From: the human T2T-CHM13v2.0 reference genome, Homo sapiens
Strand: one strand, 5' to 3'
Assembly (NCBI RefSeq): GCF_009914755.1
Contig: NC_060942.1
Length of the DNA: 64,000 bases
Shown here: positions 16,141-32,260 of the stretch, piece after piece
Position numbering within the stretch: position 1 is the first letter of the stretch
How the letters are laid out: every line of letters starts with the position of its first letter
The notes under the pieces: model-generated
Databases searched by the model: none
Told to the model about the DNA's origin: nothing
What the model saw: the letters and a program-made list of their open reading frames with translations, nothing else
Made by a program: the position numbers and the translations under genes

Positions 16141-17489
16141 CCTTGACAGTCACTGGCTTAGGAAAACTGAATCCGATTACACTCTGTTAATGTACTTGGT
16201 TCTCGTTGGAGTAGAAGAGACTTCCCGCCTCCGTCACTCCATCCCAAATGTCTTCTCAGCCTCATGTCTGCTATTTGGCATAGTTATGAAGTGCGGTGAA
16301 GTGAAAAGAGATATGTTCTATCTTTCTTTGCAGCCAAATCTCATTCCTACTGCCTTTTTCTTATTAGCGTTTAGTCATTGTACATTTCATTAGGTTAGAG
16401 TTATAAGAGTCAAAATAAATATATATATATATATATATTTCTTTTTTTTTTTGAGATTGGAGACTATTGCCAAATGCCAACTAAGCAATTCTCAGGTAGA
16501 GTTTTCTTTCTTTTTGTCCAGAGGCAAAAGGAACAAGAAACAAACAAAGAGAGTCTAAACAAAAGACATCCAGACCAGGGGGCTCGATATTGCTGCTGTA
16601 ACTTTAACATCCAGACATGCACCTTGCCAGAAGTTTGACTTCCAGCTGCTGGCTATTGCCAGGCCCCAAGGTCTTATGTATTATGGCACTCATAAGTCTG
16701 GTGGGATGGGAAGGAGGGGATGCCTTTTAATTGGGAAAATATGTATCTTCTTCAAAATTATTTTAAATTAGCATTTAGCTAATAATAAGCTCAATTAAGA
16801 GAACATATTTATATGAAAATCTAATTTATTTAATTATTTCAAATGAGAAATAAAAGAGAAGTCATTTGAAAGCCAACATTTGCACTGCATGTGTGTCTCT
16901 GTGTGTATGTGTTTTTATACCCGTGTCCCTTTTTTATGACCTGCTGGAAAATCCTGGCTGTCCCACCCAGAACACACTGAGCCCTACAGTTCCGTTCCTT
17001 TCCAAGTGGTCTGTAACTGATTGAGAAAAAGAATCTCAGGCCAAGTAACAGGACTGGCTCAATCCGTAGGCACCTTTCTGCTGAAAGTATTTCTATTGAA
17101 AGACTGAGGGCTCCAAAATCGTCCCTGAGCTTTTTATTACGATTATTATTTTAGATTAAGATACTGATGTTCCATGAAACAATATGATTGTGGTATAATT
17201 ACATTGTTAGCTAGTCATCTAAGAAGATCTTCAGATTTGGAAGATAGGGTGAGTAAACGTTAATGAATAGGAAGTAGAGGTGCTGCCTGGCAAATCTATG
17301 GTGTTTTGTCTTTAAAGTCCTTCAGAAAACTTCAAATGTGTTGTCAAAAGCTTAACATGAGCCTTTGACAAACTGAGAATATCTTTTATTAAAACTGATG
17401 TGAGTCAACACATTAACATTGTGAAGAAATTACTATGTGTATATTTTAAGGTTCATTTAATAGGAGTATAAAATACTTCTCAAAATTCT

Positions 17490-18325
<836 letters not shown>

Positions 18326-19984
18326 TAAGTTGCACTTACCTTAAAAATTATATGCAAGTTTATGAAGAGCTGGAGGCTTGTAGAAAACAAATGATGATAA
18401 TGGCTTCTATAAATTGTAGCTTAAATATTAAAAACTGAAATGGGTAGAGGAGGCAAGCCTACCACAGGAAAATCTCCTAATTGGAAGAAAAAAAATCACA
18501 ATGTTTACCATGCCTAACTTGACCGTTCTTTCTCTGTTCTTTCTGATGGAAGGGAAGTAGAGGCAAAGAGCTAGTGAAAGGAGAGAGGTAATGCAATGAT
18601 GCTTGGACTCTTATAAAAGTAAAATATAAAGTTACTTTTTTCTGGAGCTGTTAGAACTATCAGCAGTGCACTAATAAGGTACCTAAGAGCCTAGAAACAT
18701 AGACTTTCACAAGCTGTGAAGAGGAATAGTGGAAAATGTATGTTAAAATCAAAGTAAAAGAAATAACAAGCATGGGTAAAATAGAAGATATAGCTGCAAA
18801 TACATGAGAAATACTATCATTTTTATTTTTGTTTATACTGAATATTTGAAGAGCTCTTTCTGAAATTGCAAGTCCTGCCAGAAGCCTGGCTGTTTGGAGG
18901 ATGAAGGCATCACTGTGGCCTCACTTTCCGAACAGCGTGCCAACTGCCGGCATTGTTCATCTATACCAGGCAAGAAATAAGTGGCTTTGTACATGCTCAC
19001 AATCTCACCCCACTATAGAAACATCAGCTTGCATGCTTGCTACCCCAGCCTCAGCAGGGGCAAAGGATCCTATTTTTCTTGATGAAATCCACTCTATCGT
19101 GTATTTTCTTCTTCCCCTGACACAAATGTTCAGCATGGAACTGCCTCCTTTCCATAGTACACCAAATGCATGTGCAGATGTTTATGTTATTAAATTAGAG
19201 AACATGTTTCATGTGATAAAGTTTCCCACTATTCTTTGAACCATCATCTGACATTTCAGGAATTTCTTACCTTACAAGTCCCACATCTCCAAGACAGGGC
19301 CAGCGACTCACCTCCTTGCGTTCCCTCCCGATCTGGGCCAGCGTGTGGTGTAGGCACCTCAACTGAAAGCCCCAGCAAGAGACCTCAAAGCAAAGCACAG
19401 GGCCATGAGGGAGCCTGCAGCATCTGTTTCTGATGACAGCGGTGGCAGCGGCAGCCAGAGTTTGGGGGGCTGTGGCAGTGGAGTTTCTGGCTTTATTGCC
19501 CAATACAGGTATTGTGAGCATCAGGTCTGTGCTGTGCAGCCATGTCCAGAGCAGGTCCCTGGCTGTGGTGCCTCTAGGCCCTCAGCTCTGGCCATCACAG
19601 AAAGACTCGTCAGTGAATTCACTTGCAGCTTTAACTGATGAAGTGGGTTCTGCAGCTTGCATGTAAGAACACTAGCTGAGTGTTTTGTACTCATTTACTA
19701 CCCTTTGCCAGTCCTTTCACAATTGCCAGTCTTGCGTGTCCAGCCCTACACCCAGGCAGGGAGACATGTTCTGTGGCTCATTCTGTGCATGATGGCATGA
19801 GCACCGAGTGAGGAAAAGCGGTGGGAGCCTGGGCTGCAGAATTGGAGGAGCAGGCAGGAATGAGGGGAGATGAGGGCGTTTATCTCAAGTGTAGCCACCT
19901 GACATCGTGGCTGCCTGGGCCATAGCAGGCCCTGCATACATGTTAGCTATCAAGAACAGGTTTTTACTTTTATAGTTGTTATTA

Positions 19985-20090
19985 CGTGCATTTTATAGAT
20001 TAGGAAATGCAACCAAAAGAAGATAGAATAATTCTCGAAACTATACAGCCAGTAAGGGGCTGAGCTAAGTAAGATTCAAAACCACCATCC
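19985..20090 (-). mobile_element. MIR fragment
   Basis: CATTTTATAGATTAGGAAA...ACAGCCAGTAAGGGGCTGAGC...GATTCAAA. Confidence 0.6.
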
Positions 20091-20782
20091 TTTTGCAGTT
20101 CTCAAGCACATGTCATTTGTCCTGTGGAGTGCACCTAGAAGCTATATCTAAGCCCAGACTTAAGGGACAGATCTTTTCTCTAAAAACTTTGAATTTAACT
20201 TTTCCTTCTTCGGCAGTCTACACTGGCATGTCCCTGCCTGGTCCACAGCTGTGGTGACTGGGTCCAACCAGAGCACACGAGGTGTGAGTGTGGACAGGTG
20301 AGGCCGTCTGGAGTTGTTCACTGGGAGACAGGAATGAAGAGGGAATCAGTTTTTGCCCATCTGGCATTTTTACTCACTGCCATGCTTCTAACCACAGATT
20401 ATGATAAATGCAAAGTGAATTGAAGTCAGAACATGGGTGTGGGGAGACTGTTCCTCTGCTCTCTTTATCACACTCAAATTCTTTGTTTAGATCTGTTTTT
20501 CCCAGATAAAGTGAGTGTAAACAAACTTCTCATGTTCATTTCTGTATGTTAATGAATAAAAAGCACTAAAGCTCTCTTGAATTTAGAGTTGGTTAAAAGT
20601 ACACATTTAGAGAGCACATCAATATTTCTTTAAATACTGTTGAGTATTGCCTAAATTGAGCCTTCTGACATCAGTAGGGCTGACATAAAATATATTTTAT
20701 TCTTGAATAACTCAAGTTAATTTTCTGACACTTATTTTTTTCATCTCTGGAGAGGCATGGACTTTGGAGAGACGCAGACACT

Positions 20783-21377
20783 GCATGTTCCCTGTCTATT
20801 GCCGTCCTAACAGATACCACCAGAGAAGTGGCTGAAAGCAGCACCCACTTACGATCTCACAGTCAGCGTATGTCACAGCTCTGCCCAGCTGCTCCTCTGC
20901 TCTGAGGTTCACAAAGCCAAAATCAAGGTATCCACAGGACTGTGCTCCTTAACTGTAGGCTCTGGGGGCGAACCTGCTTCCAAGCCATTCAGATTGTTGG
21001 CAGAATTCAGTTTTATGTTGTCCTACAATTGAGGTCCCCGTTTTCTTGCTGGCTGTCAACTGAGATTCATTCGCAGCTTTCAGAGGCCACCTACTCCTTG
21101 GCTTGCTCCTCTTCTCACCCTTCGAACTTATCTGACCTCCCTCTGCTACCTTTCTCTGGCAGACTCGTCTGCCTTCCTCTTCTGCTCTTAAGGATTCATT
21201 GCAATCGGCCCACCTGAATATGTCCAACATACACTCCCTTCCCTTCAAGCCAGCTACTGTATTCAGTAATATTATTTGCACCTGCAAAACATCTCCACAG
21301 CAGTATGAGATTATGTTTGATAGAATGAACAGGGGAGGGGAATTTGAAGGGGCGTCTTTAGGATTCTGCCAACCACT
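20783..21377 (-). mobile_element. MLT1E-like MaLR solo LTR
   Basis: GCTTCCAAGCCATTCAGATTGTTGGCAGAATTCAGTT, GAGGTCCCCGTTTTCTTGCTGGCTGTCA, terminal ATTCTGCCAACCAC. Confidence 0.85.
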
Positions 21378-21535
21378 CATGTGTGTAAATCTGACTTATA
21401 AACTAAATGGTCTTTGACTAATTCATTAAATTCAATGAGCCTTGAACTTGTTTTTCTTTTGTAAAATGAAGCTAATTAAGATATATTTCACATAATTGCC
21501 ATAAAGACTACAGGGGACTATCTATAAAAGGTGTT

Positions 21536-21829
<294 letters not shown>

Positions 21830-22909
21830 TTAGCACAGTGGCCGGGCAAATGGTGAGATTAACAAATCATATCATTATTAGTAAGGGGAGTAGTAATGCG
21901 AGTAAAACTGCTGTGCCTGGAGCAGGGTAGGTGCTCAATAAATGCTATTTTTCTTTCTTCCTACATACACTAGAGATTTGTGATAAAAGTGCTAAGCTTT
22001 TGTATCACAGGTGACCTCTCAGGGGAGATCATACCTGGTAGTCCTGGCATCTAAGGTGTCTGTTCTCCCAGTTCCTCTCTCTGCTCTCATGCAACTACTG
22101 CCATTGCCAGCACACAGATGGCCGTAATCGTGAGAAAGAGTAGCCACGTGGTGGGATGCCGAAAACTATCAGGAATGAGGCAAAGGGGTCTGTTTTATAT
22201 CAAATATTGAATTAAAACCAAAAGACCAATTCATCTGAAGGATATAACACTCCTTAATGTTTATATACCAAAGAGCAGAGCCTCGAAATAAAGGAAGCAA
22301 TAACTCAGACCTGTAAGGAGAAATAGACAAATCCACAATTATAAGTGGTGATATCTGTACCCACTCTCAATAAGTGATGGAACAGATGGACAGAAAACCA
22401 TTTTGCATATAGATGATATAAACAACACCATCAATCAACCTGACTTAATTGACATTTCTAGAACACTTCATCCAACAACAGCCAAATAGCTGAATTCTTT
22501 TCAAGTGCACAAGAACATTAAAACATTTACCAAGATAAATGACGTTTTGAGTCACAAAACAAGTCTCAGTAAATTAAAACCAACAGATCCAAGTCATACA
22601 AAGTATGTTCTGTGACCGTAATGGAATTGAATCAATAACTGAATGGTCTCTGGAAAATCCCAAAGTATTTGGAAACTAAGTAACACAATTATAAATAATA
22701 GGTTAAAGAAGAAATCAAAGGAATAATTGGAAAATATTTTGAACTCGATGAAAATATAAGATATCAAAATTTGTGGAATGTGGGAGCAGTACATGGGGGA
22801 AATTTATAGTGCTGTTTTGGAAAGAACAAAGGTCTCAAATGAATGATTTCAACTTCTGCTTTAAGAAAATCAAATTAAATCAAAAATAATAAAAGAAAGG
22901 AAATGATAA

Positions 22910-23562
22910 CGTGGTAGGCAGAATTTAAGATGGCTTCCAGAATTCTTGCCCCTTGGTATAAATGCCCTGTAGAAAACTTTCCTCTTAAATGTGGGCAGGA
23001 TCTATGAATATGATAGGCTATCATTTCTAGGATTATGCTACTTTATATGGCAAAAGGAATTCTGCATATGATATTAGGTTTTGAGTCAATTGACTATATG
23101 TTAATCAAAAGGAACAAGATTATCCTGCATGGAACTGACCTAATTAGGTGAGCTTTTAAAAAAAGGTGAAGCATCACAAACAGGTTTTTGCTGGCCTGAA
23201 GAAGATAGCAAAGCCATGTTGTGAACTGTAATGAAGACACGTGTCACGTAGGAGCTGAGTGATCCCAGGCCAACAGCCTGCGAGAATATGGGAACTACAG
23301 CTGTAAGAAACTGAATTCTTATTTTTATTTCTGAATTTGTGAGCTTGGACCTAAGCTTCAGATGAGCTCACAGCCCAACTGACACCTCGATTTCAGCCTA
23401 GTGAGATCCTTATACAAGGATCCATGCCCAGGCTTCTGACCCATGAAAAAATAATAATAAATAATACGTTTCTTAAATAATTTAATTTAAATAATAAATT
23501 TATGTTGTTTTAAGCTAGTAAGTTTGTAGCAATTTGGCTTGCAGCAATAGAAAACTAATATA
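22910..23562 (+). mobile_element. MLT1E2/E3-like MaLR solo LTR
   Basis: Starts (C)GTGGTAGGCAGAATT, ends GCAGCAATAGAAAACTAATATA; 5-bp TSD GATAA (22905-22909 / 23563-23567). Confidence 0.88.
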
Positions 23563-23970
23563 GATAAAGCACAAAGCATAAATAAATAAAATAGAAAACA
23601 AAAACATAGAAAAAATAATAAAATTAAAAGCTGATATGGTGAGAATATTAAAAATTCTGATAAACCTACACCTCAAGAGAAGAGATCCAATTCTCAATAT
23701 CTGGAATTAGAGAGATGTCATCACTACAGATTTTATAGATATTAAAAAGAATAGTTAAGAAATATTATGGACAAATTTATGCTAATAGATTTGAAAAATA
23801 TATGAAATGGACAAATTATTTGCTCTCTTCCCAAAGCTCACTCAAGAAGAAATAGATAATGTAAATATCCCTACATATATAAAGCACTTGGGTTGAAAAC
23901 ATTCCCACAATGAAATACATAGGACAGATGTATTCACTAGTGAATTCTATGAACTATTAAAAAACTTATC

Positions 23971-24150
<180 letters not shown>

Positions 24151-24817
24151 AATGATTTAATTCTACAGAAACACTCTAAAAAATGGAAAAGGAAGGAATA
24201 CTTCCCAGCTGTTTATATGAAGCCAGCATTACTCTCTGATATGAAAACAAAACAAATACATTACAAAAGAAGGTGAAATATAGACCAATATCCCTCAGGA
24301 ACATAGAACATGTAAAAATTGTAAACAAAGTGCCAGCAAATCCACTTAAATTATACAAAATGATAATACAACACAACCAAATGGGGTTTGTCCCAGGATT
24401 CTACAATTGGTCCAACATTTGAAAATCCAGCAATGTGATTTCCCATACCAACAAACTAAAAAAAGATAAGCCACATTATTCACTTAATATGTGCAGAAAA
24501 AGTACTTGGAAAAAGCCTTACATCCATTCCTGATAAAAGTGCTCAGCAAACTAGAAATTAAAGAGAACCGTCTCGATCTGAAAACGAAATCTATGACAAA
24601 CCTAGAGCTAATATCAGATACAACAGTAAAAGGCTGAATGCTTTCCCCCGAAGCATATCTGCTCTCAACACTTTTATTCAACATTGTATTGGAGATTCTA
24701 CCCAGTGAAAACAGGCAAGAAAAAGATATAAAAGTCATCAAGTTTGGGATGGGAAAATTCAAAAGTATTTTTGGACAACATGAACACCTGTTTAGAAAAT
24801 CTGATAAAACATACAAA

Positions 24818-25037
24818 ACCATCCTGGCTAACACGTGAAACCCCGTCTCCGCTAAAAATACAAAAAATTAGCCGGGCGTGGTGGCGGGCGCCTGTAGTCA
24901 CAGCTATTCAGGAGGCTGAGGCAGGAGAGTGGCGTGAACCCTGGAGGCGGAGCTTGCAGTGAGCCGAGACCGCGCCACTGCACTCCAGCCTGGGTGACAG
25001 AGCGAGATTCCGTCTCAAGAAAAAAAAAAAAAAAAAA
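24818..25037 (+). mobile_element. 5'-truncated AluY
   Basis: Begins at ACCATCCTGGCTAACAC; GGCGTGAACCC.GGAGGCGGAGCTTGCAG; A-tail. Confidence 0.92.
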
Positions 25038-25233
25038 TTCTGGAACTAATATATGTGTTTAGCAACATGGCAGGACCCAAAATCAGTATACAAAGTTCAA
25101 TTGTATTTCTAGATATTATAAATATACATTTAAAAATTAAATTCAATAAAACTTAGGGATAAATCTTACAAAAGCTGTGCAAGACCTGTTCACTCTACCT
25201 TAGGAAATATAGCTGATAGAAATTAAAGGCCTA

Positions 25234-25320
25234 CGGAGTTTGCAGTGAGCTGAGATCACGCCACTGCACTCCAGCCTGGGTGACAGAGCAAGACTCTGTC
25301 TCCAACAACAACAACAACAA
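25234..25320 (+). mobile_element. Heavily 5'-truncated Alu (~87 bp) with (CAA)n tail
   Basis: 16-bp TSD AGAAATTAAAGGCCTA (25218-25233) / AGAAATTAAAGGCGTA (25321-25336). Confidence 0.92.
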
Positions 25321-25977
25321 AGAAATTAAAGGCGTAAGTACAAGAATAAATGCAGAGACATACCATGTTCATGGGTAAGAATACTGAATTAATATTAGTA
25401 AGATGTTACTTCTCCCCAAATTTACCTATAGCTTCAATGAAATTTCAAAGTTACAGCAAGCATTTTTTTTTTAAATTGAGCAGCTGATTTCAAAATTCAT
25501 GTGGAATTGCAATGTACTTAGAATGGCTAAAACAACATCAAAGTAGAAAAAAATCAGAGTAATAACACTACCTGACACAACTTATTATAAAGCTACAGTT
25601 TTCAAGACAGTAAAGTAGTATTGTTTCAGCAATTTAAATGTGCAAAGTAAGTAGAAAGTCCAGAAATAGACCACTTATTTATAGACAAGTAATTTTTGAC
25701 GAAGGTGCAAAGACAATTCAGTAGAGAAAGGATAGTCATTTTAAATAAATGATGCCAAAATAACTGGCATAATAAATATCCTTAAGCTAAAAAATGTAAA
25801 GTTCAATTAATAGCTCATACCACTTGCCAAAATTAATTCAAATGAATCTAAGACCTACATACAGAATCTAAATTTATAAAACTTTTAGAAGAAAACAAGA
25901 GGAAAATCTGACTTGTTTAGGCAAATATTTCTTAGACATGATGCCAAAACAAAATCCATAAAGAAGTTGATAAATTG

Positions 25978-26290
<313 letters not shown>

Positions 26291-26893
26291 TTAATTCATT
26301 AAAAGCAAAAATGAAGAGACAACCCACAGCCTAGGAGGAAATATTTTAAATCCTACATATGGCAAAAGACATATCCAGAATTGTAAATGACTCTAAAAGG
26401 GAATAACAAGGAAACAATCCCATCAAAATGGGCAAAATATTTTAACAAACTTCACCAAAGAAGATGTCGATACCACCTCACACCGATTAGAATACCGACC
26501 ATCTAAGTGTTGATGAGGGCGCGGAAGAACCAGAATTCTCACACACTGTTAGTGGGAATTTAAAGTGATATAAACAACTTTCTGAAAACAATTTGACAGT
26601 GTCTTAAATAGTTAAACCTACACCTTTCATATGAACCAGCAATTTGAATTCTAGATGTTGACTCAAGAGAAATAAAAGCATATTCATATAAAGAATATTC
26701 ATAGCAGCTTTATTTGTAACAGTCAAAATCTGGAATCAATCTGAACATCCATTAACAAATGAATGGATAAACACATGGTGGTATCTCCATACAGCTATAA
26801 AATGAAAGTGAACCACCGATACACACAATAATACAGATGGATCTAGAAATATTATGCTAAGTGAATAAAGTCAGAAGAAACAGAGTCTTGCTC

Positions 26894-27083
26894 CAGATAC
26901 TTCTCCACCTATGATGGGTTATGTCCATCTAAGTCAAACCTTTACATCAAAAATGACTTAGGACATTTTCAATTTACAATGGGTTTATCCAGATGTAACT
27001 CCATGCGAAGTTAAGGAGCATTCAGAATGTGTATCACTTTTGCAGCATTGTAAGTGGAACCCTTGTAAGTCTGGGACCATCTG
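26894..27083 (+). mobile_element. MER47B/Tigger5-like TcMar MITE
   Basis: CAGATACTTCTCCACCTATGATGGGTTA at the left end and GTAAGTCTGGGACCATCTG-TA at the right end; internal TTACAATGGGTTTATC. Confidence 0.7.
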
Positions 27084-27234
27084 TATATGGTTTATTTTAT
27101 ATACAATTTTAGGAAATGCAAGTTAATCTAGAGTGACAGAAAGGAGGTAAGTGCTTGTCCTTTGAAAGGGAAGGGACAGGTGGGAGGACTTCAAAGGAGC
27201 CCAAGGAAATTTTCGGGGAGGATGAAGATGTTCG

Positions 27235-28150
27235 CCCAACTCGTGATGAGTGGCTGTGACCACAGAGACACTTAGAGAAGACCCACGGCCTTATGCTCCT
27301 TTTCTACCAGAGCCTAATAGCATGACAAGAAGTCCTGCTCAGCTGAGGTATACTCATCAGTAGACAGCAGGGTCTTGCTGCAGAACCCCAGGGGGCGGCA
27401 CTGTGGATCTCCTAATGGGGTTCATCAGGGACTCCGTAGGCATCTTCATGTACCATGGATATCTCTGTGGTATTGTGGTATCTGACAGGTCACATGGTCC
27501 AAGTAACAAGGGTATTTGCGTCATAGCATGAACCTGCTGCAGAACCTTCTCTTACAGATTCTACTTAAAACTTGTAGCCTTTCATGTCACTTGGTCTGTG
27601 AATTGGAGCAAAATTGCAAAGTGTGGTATATGCTGCCTCCCAAATCCAAAAGGCTTTCCAAGCACTATGCTTTTGTCTTAGTGGAAGAAGATGCAAGGTA
27701 TAATAACTTGTTGTTCCCCTTGGAAGGAATATTCCTGACATTTCCCAGATGACTGGACTTCACTGATATGACAGCTGCCTAAAACTTTCTGGCACTGATT
27801 TCTGACTCTGCAGCCTGCATGTGTCTCACCAGTGGATCTCTGCTACACAGCAGTAAACATGATGGCACCAATAGAGTGAACCAACGTGATGTTCTAGGAA
27901 ACCTCCAGATGACGTATTGTGAAAGAAAGCAGGAACTTTGATAAAGCCCTGGGGCAAGACAGGGAACATGTCCAGCAATTGCTATCTGTTCAGGAGGGCT
28001 TTTCTCCTTTTAGATGGAGACAGAAAAGAACTCACTCACCACCTCAGTAGCCTCAGACTGCATTGATCTGCTGTCTTGCCATTTGCAGATTGCACTGGGA
28101 TTGTGGCTACTGTTTGATTAAGTTTGCAATGGTTCAGTGTCATGTGCTAT
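27235..28150 (-). mobile_element. Fossil ERVL-class (class III) internal pol: RT core, connection and RNase H-proximal region, with frameshifts and stops
   Basis: Manual minus-strand translation gives MTLNHCKLNQTV, FPVLPQGFI (LPQG at 27946-27957), NITLVHSIGAIM (decayed YIDD, 27858-27893), NIPSKGNNKLLYLA, FGFGRQHIPH (27621-27650), EKVLQQVHA and CRPLGFCSKTL...LSCY*ALVE, colinear with HERV-L/MuERV-L Pol. Confidence 0.9.
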
Positions 28151-28428
28151 TTTCTTTATCTTCTCTTTTCCTTTTGTTTCCTGGTGAAGCCCTTGAAACA
28201 GCCTCCACCTGCAGCAAAGTAATAAATTATAAACACCACCACATCCCACATGAAGAGAGAGATTATTGTGGCCCTTAAGGAGTGAAAAATATGCAAATGT
28301 GTGCTTATCAATGTATCTACATTTAATTCACCAACCTGATACCAAGATAGAAGCATTATCTTATTTTACAGGCCATAATTCAATCATGAAAAGTCATGTA
28401 ATGGTTCACACCATTATAAGAATTTCTT

Positions 28429-28721
<293 letters not shown>

Positions 28722-29004
28722 AATAATCTCTTGAATAGAATCATGCATTTCTGGTGCATTTTATAGTGAAAATTACACTCCTGAATACAGGTAGACAATG
28801 GAGAGAAAAGGACAGATGCTAACATGGATTTTCTTAAAAACTGGTATAATAAAGGACTCATAGTTAAGCATCAAGCCTACCTGTGTGGCTGAGAGATTAG
28901 ACCCATGCCCCCATCTTAGTGCAAAATCAGAATGCCCTCAGTGTTCTGTATGGAGAAAAGAATCAGCTGAGAAAAAGCTCCTCTGACCCCAGTTTTCCTT
29001 TCAG

Positions 29005-29400
29005 GTTTTGTGTCAAAAAGTATTGTTTGTAAGTAGCAGAGCCTAACTGACACGAGTGTAAGGAAAAAGGAGAGAGTTTAACAAAACCATAGGATCACAG
29101 AGGGGGAGCTGGCACTGGACAACTTCGCCAGGTGCTCTCACCACCTCAGAGTCTCTCTTGCTCTCATTCTGATTGTCCTCCCTGGGTTAGTTTCCCTCAA
29201 GCATGCACCACACAGCAGGCAGTGCATTGCAAGAAACTCTAAACTCACATTCTTCTAACTTATGCAGCCCCAGGAGGGAAAATCCTACTCTCCACTTCCA
29301 CCAGCTCCAGTTAGAAACACTCCAGAGAAGTTTACCATTGTCCTGGCTTAGGTTACATGTCCGCCTGTTAGACCAAACCATGTGGCTCACAGGTTAGGAC
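29005..29400 (-). mobile_element. Old MLT1 (J/K/L-like) LTR
   Basis: GTTTGTAAGTAGCAGAGCCTAACT at one end; GGCTTAGGTTACATGTCC...GACCAAACCATGTGGC at the other. Confidence 0.55.
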
Positions 29401-29779
29401 TCATTGCTCTTGCTTCCATTACACATCCCCATTTGTGGCTGAGAAGACAGGATATGCCACATTAAAATTGGAAGAGCCAGTGGCAAGGAGACAAGGACAT
29501 TGGGAAGTAGCCATACCTTTTATTTTTGAGCTGACTAGAGACTTTGGGATTATACCACACAGAAGTGTTATATTCCTGGGCATGTGCTTTCTTCACCTAC
29601 TAGTGAAAGGCAGTGCGTAAGTTACAAAAATCCACATCATTGTATCTCACAATTACTACATCAAGAAGTTCAACATTTAATAAAGAAAATAGCAACAACA
29701 ACAAAACTCGAACTGAAGGGGTTGCCAAGTGCTCTAAGAAAAATACAAGAATCTATTGTAGGTAAATGAATTTGGAGAA

Positions 29780-29854
29780 CCATCTATTCATCCATCCGTC
29801 CATCTATCCCTCTATCCATCCATCCATCCATCCATCCATCCATCCATCCATCCA
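29780..29854. repeat. (TCCA)n tetranucleotide repeat
   Basis: Read directly. Confidence 0.95.
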
Positions 29855-30022
29855 TGCATCAGAATCACCCATGGAGCTTTGAAAAACATAGGTAACCATG
29901 TAAACCTTCAGAGATGCTGATTTAAGGGTCTGGGCTAGGCTTGGATGTCTGTATTTTTAAAAACTTCTCTGAGACATAGTGCTAAAACTGCAGATACAGT
30001 ACGTGTTGAAAAGCAGCACTGA
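29855..30022. mobile_element. MER5-like hAT MITE
   Basis: GCATCAGAATCACC...CAGAGATGCTGATTTAAGGGTCTGGG...TCTGTATTTTTAA...TTGAAAAGCA. Confidence 0.65.
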
Positions 30023-30479
30023 AAACAAACAAACTTGGGGCCAGTATATGTTCAATATAAAATGTGTATAACTTTTAGATAACAAAATGTTGGAGAAAAT
30101 AGAAGAGAAGTGGTAAAAAACAAAACAAAACTTGGTGTTTGGTTTGCTATATTTCAAGTTGAAATGTGAACTGGTGGTGATGATATTACTTCAAACATTC
30201 AGATTGTATTGGTTATGTAAGTATGTATTTGAATTATTGGTCCTATCAGTACCCATCTCAGCAGTGGGAAATCACCATCTGTACACAGCTTGTAAGTTTT
30301 CTACACTCCTCCTTAGAGAGCTCATAAAAAGACAATGAATACAAGCGGCGTGGGGCATCGGCTTGAACAGATCCTTGAGAGTGGGTTCTCAGTATCTCTC
30401 TCTGGAAAGGAATCCCAGCTTCTACCTCGCGTGTCTTATAGAGCCCAGTGCCCGCAGCAAACAGTTTTAGAAGACATAC

Positions 30480-31200
<721 letters not shown>

Positions 31201-31409
31201 TTGCTTCTTGAGTTTAAACTGCTTATTCAAACTACACTACTGATCAGGGAAGGAATAGAATAGATTTAGACAGTATCCACGATGTTCATGCAACAGTGGA
31301 AATTAAATGTCCTCCTTTGCTTTTCCATTTCTCCACTTTTGAAGAACTACAGTAGAAATAAAGGGTTAATGACAATAAAGAGATGTGATTATTATTTTCA
31401 TCGTGGCCA

Positions 31410-31560
31410 TGAAGAGAATAAAAGAACCACAGGGCTAAGAGATATAAAAACCTCCTATCACCACATTCTGAAAGTCTGTCTGTATAAAGGGAAGGAAACA
31501 GTTGCTGCTCTTGTGAAGCTGTCTGGCTTAAGGAATGACAGAAAGTGTTTACATGAGGAA
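31410..31560 (+). mobile_element. L3/CR1 3' fragment
   Basis: TCTGAAAGTCTGTC...GGGAAGGAAACAGTTG...TTACATGAGGAAG resembles the L3 3' region. Confidence 0.4.
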
Positions 31561-32260
31561 GTGCCTGAGAGATGGGCCTTCGAGGATCAGAGTGATCATG
31601 AGGGGTTGGGGTTTAAGAGAGTTCGTGAATAGAGGATGGCATGAGTCCAATTGTGGTGGTAGTGAGGACAGACTCTGAGGGCAGCTCACAATCCAGCTCA
31701 ACTAGAGCAAGCGACATATGTGCACAGAAGAGCAGTGGGATATGAGACCAGAAAGTTCATCTGAAAGATACTGCATCAAACCTCCAGCACCAGACCAAAG
31801 ACATGGTTGTTCACATGTAGGTTACATGAAACCAGTGAAAGTTTTAGAGAGGAAAATTTAAGTGATTCAAGCTGAACTTTTGTGAATTATCTTGTGTGAC
31901 CAATGTTAGGTAATCCGGAGGCCAGATTTTGAGGGTGTAAATCAGGATACTAGTGGAAAGAGAGAAGCAGAGGCACTAGATATTATTGATAGAATTCTTG
32001 GTGGTCTGGAAACTGACTGGAGGGTGGGGCTGAGGTACACAGGAGAGTTCAGAGTAATCCAAGATTTCAAATGTGGATGCCTGGAAGAAAACAGGGCTTT
32101 TTGGGGTGAGTCAGGAGAAGATGTAGGTCTGGGTGGGAAAGTGAAGGGTTGAATTATGTACACATTGATTTCATTCACCAACAGTCATCATATGGTAACA
32201 GTCAGATAGTAGCTGGTTAGAACTTTGGGAGAGAAGCCTTGACTAGAGGCATAGATTTTT
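31545..32260 (-). mobile_element. L2 fragment
   Basis: Purine-rich antisense L2 (GAGGAAGTG...CCTTCGAGGA, CCAGTGAAAGTTTT, GGAGAGAAGCCTTGACTAGAGGCATAGATTT). Confidence 0.6.

Noticed and set aside
16419-16460. (TA)n then T-run followed by GAGAT, resembling an Alu 3' end
   Set aside because: No Alu sequence follows.
17341-17371. Short imperfect hairpin TTGTCAAAAGCTTA...TGAGCCTTTGACAA
   Set aside because: 12/14 match only, within chance expectation for this window size.
27952-27973. p53-like site GGGCAAGACA-GG-GAACATGTCC within the ERVL fossil
   Set aside because: Only one perfect half-site; the other has mismatches and there is a spacer, so chance is plausible.
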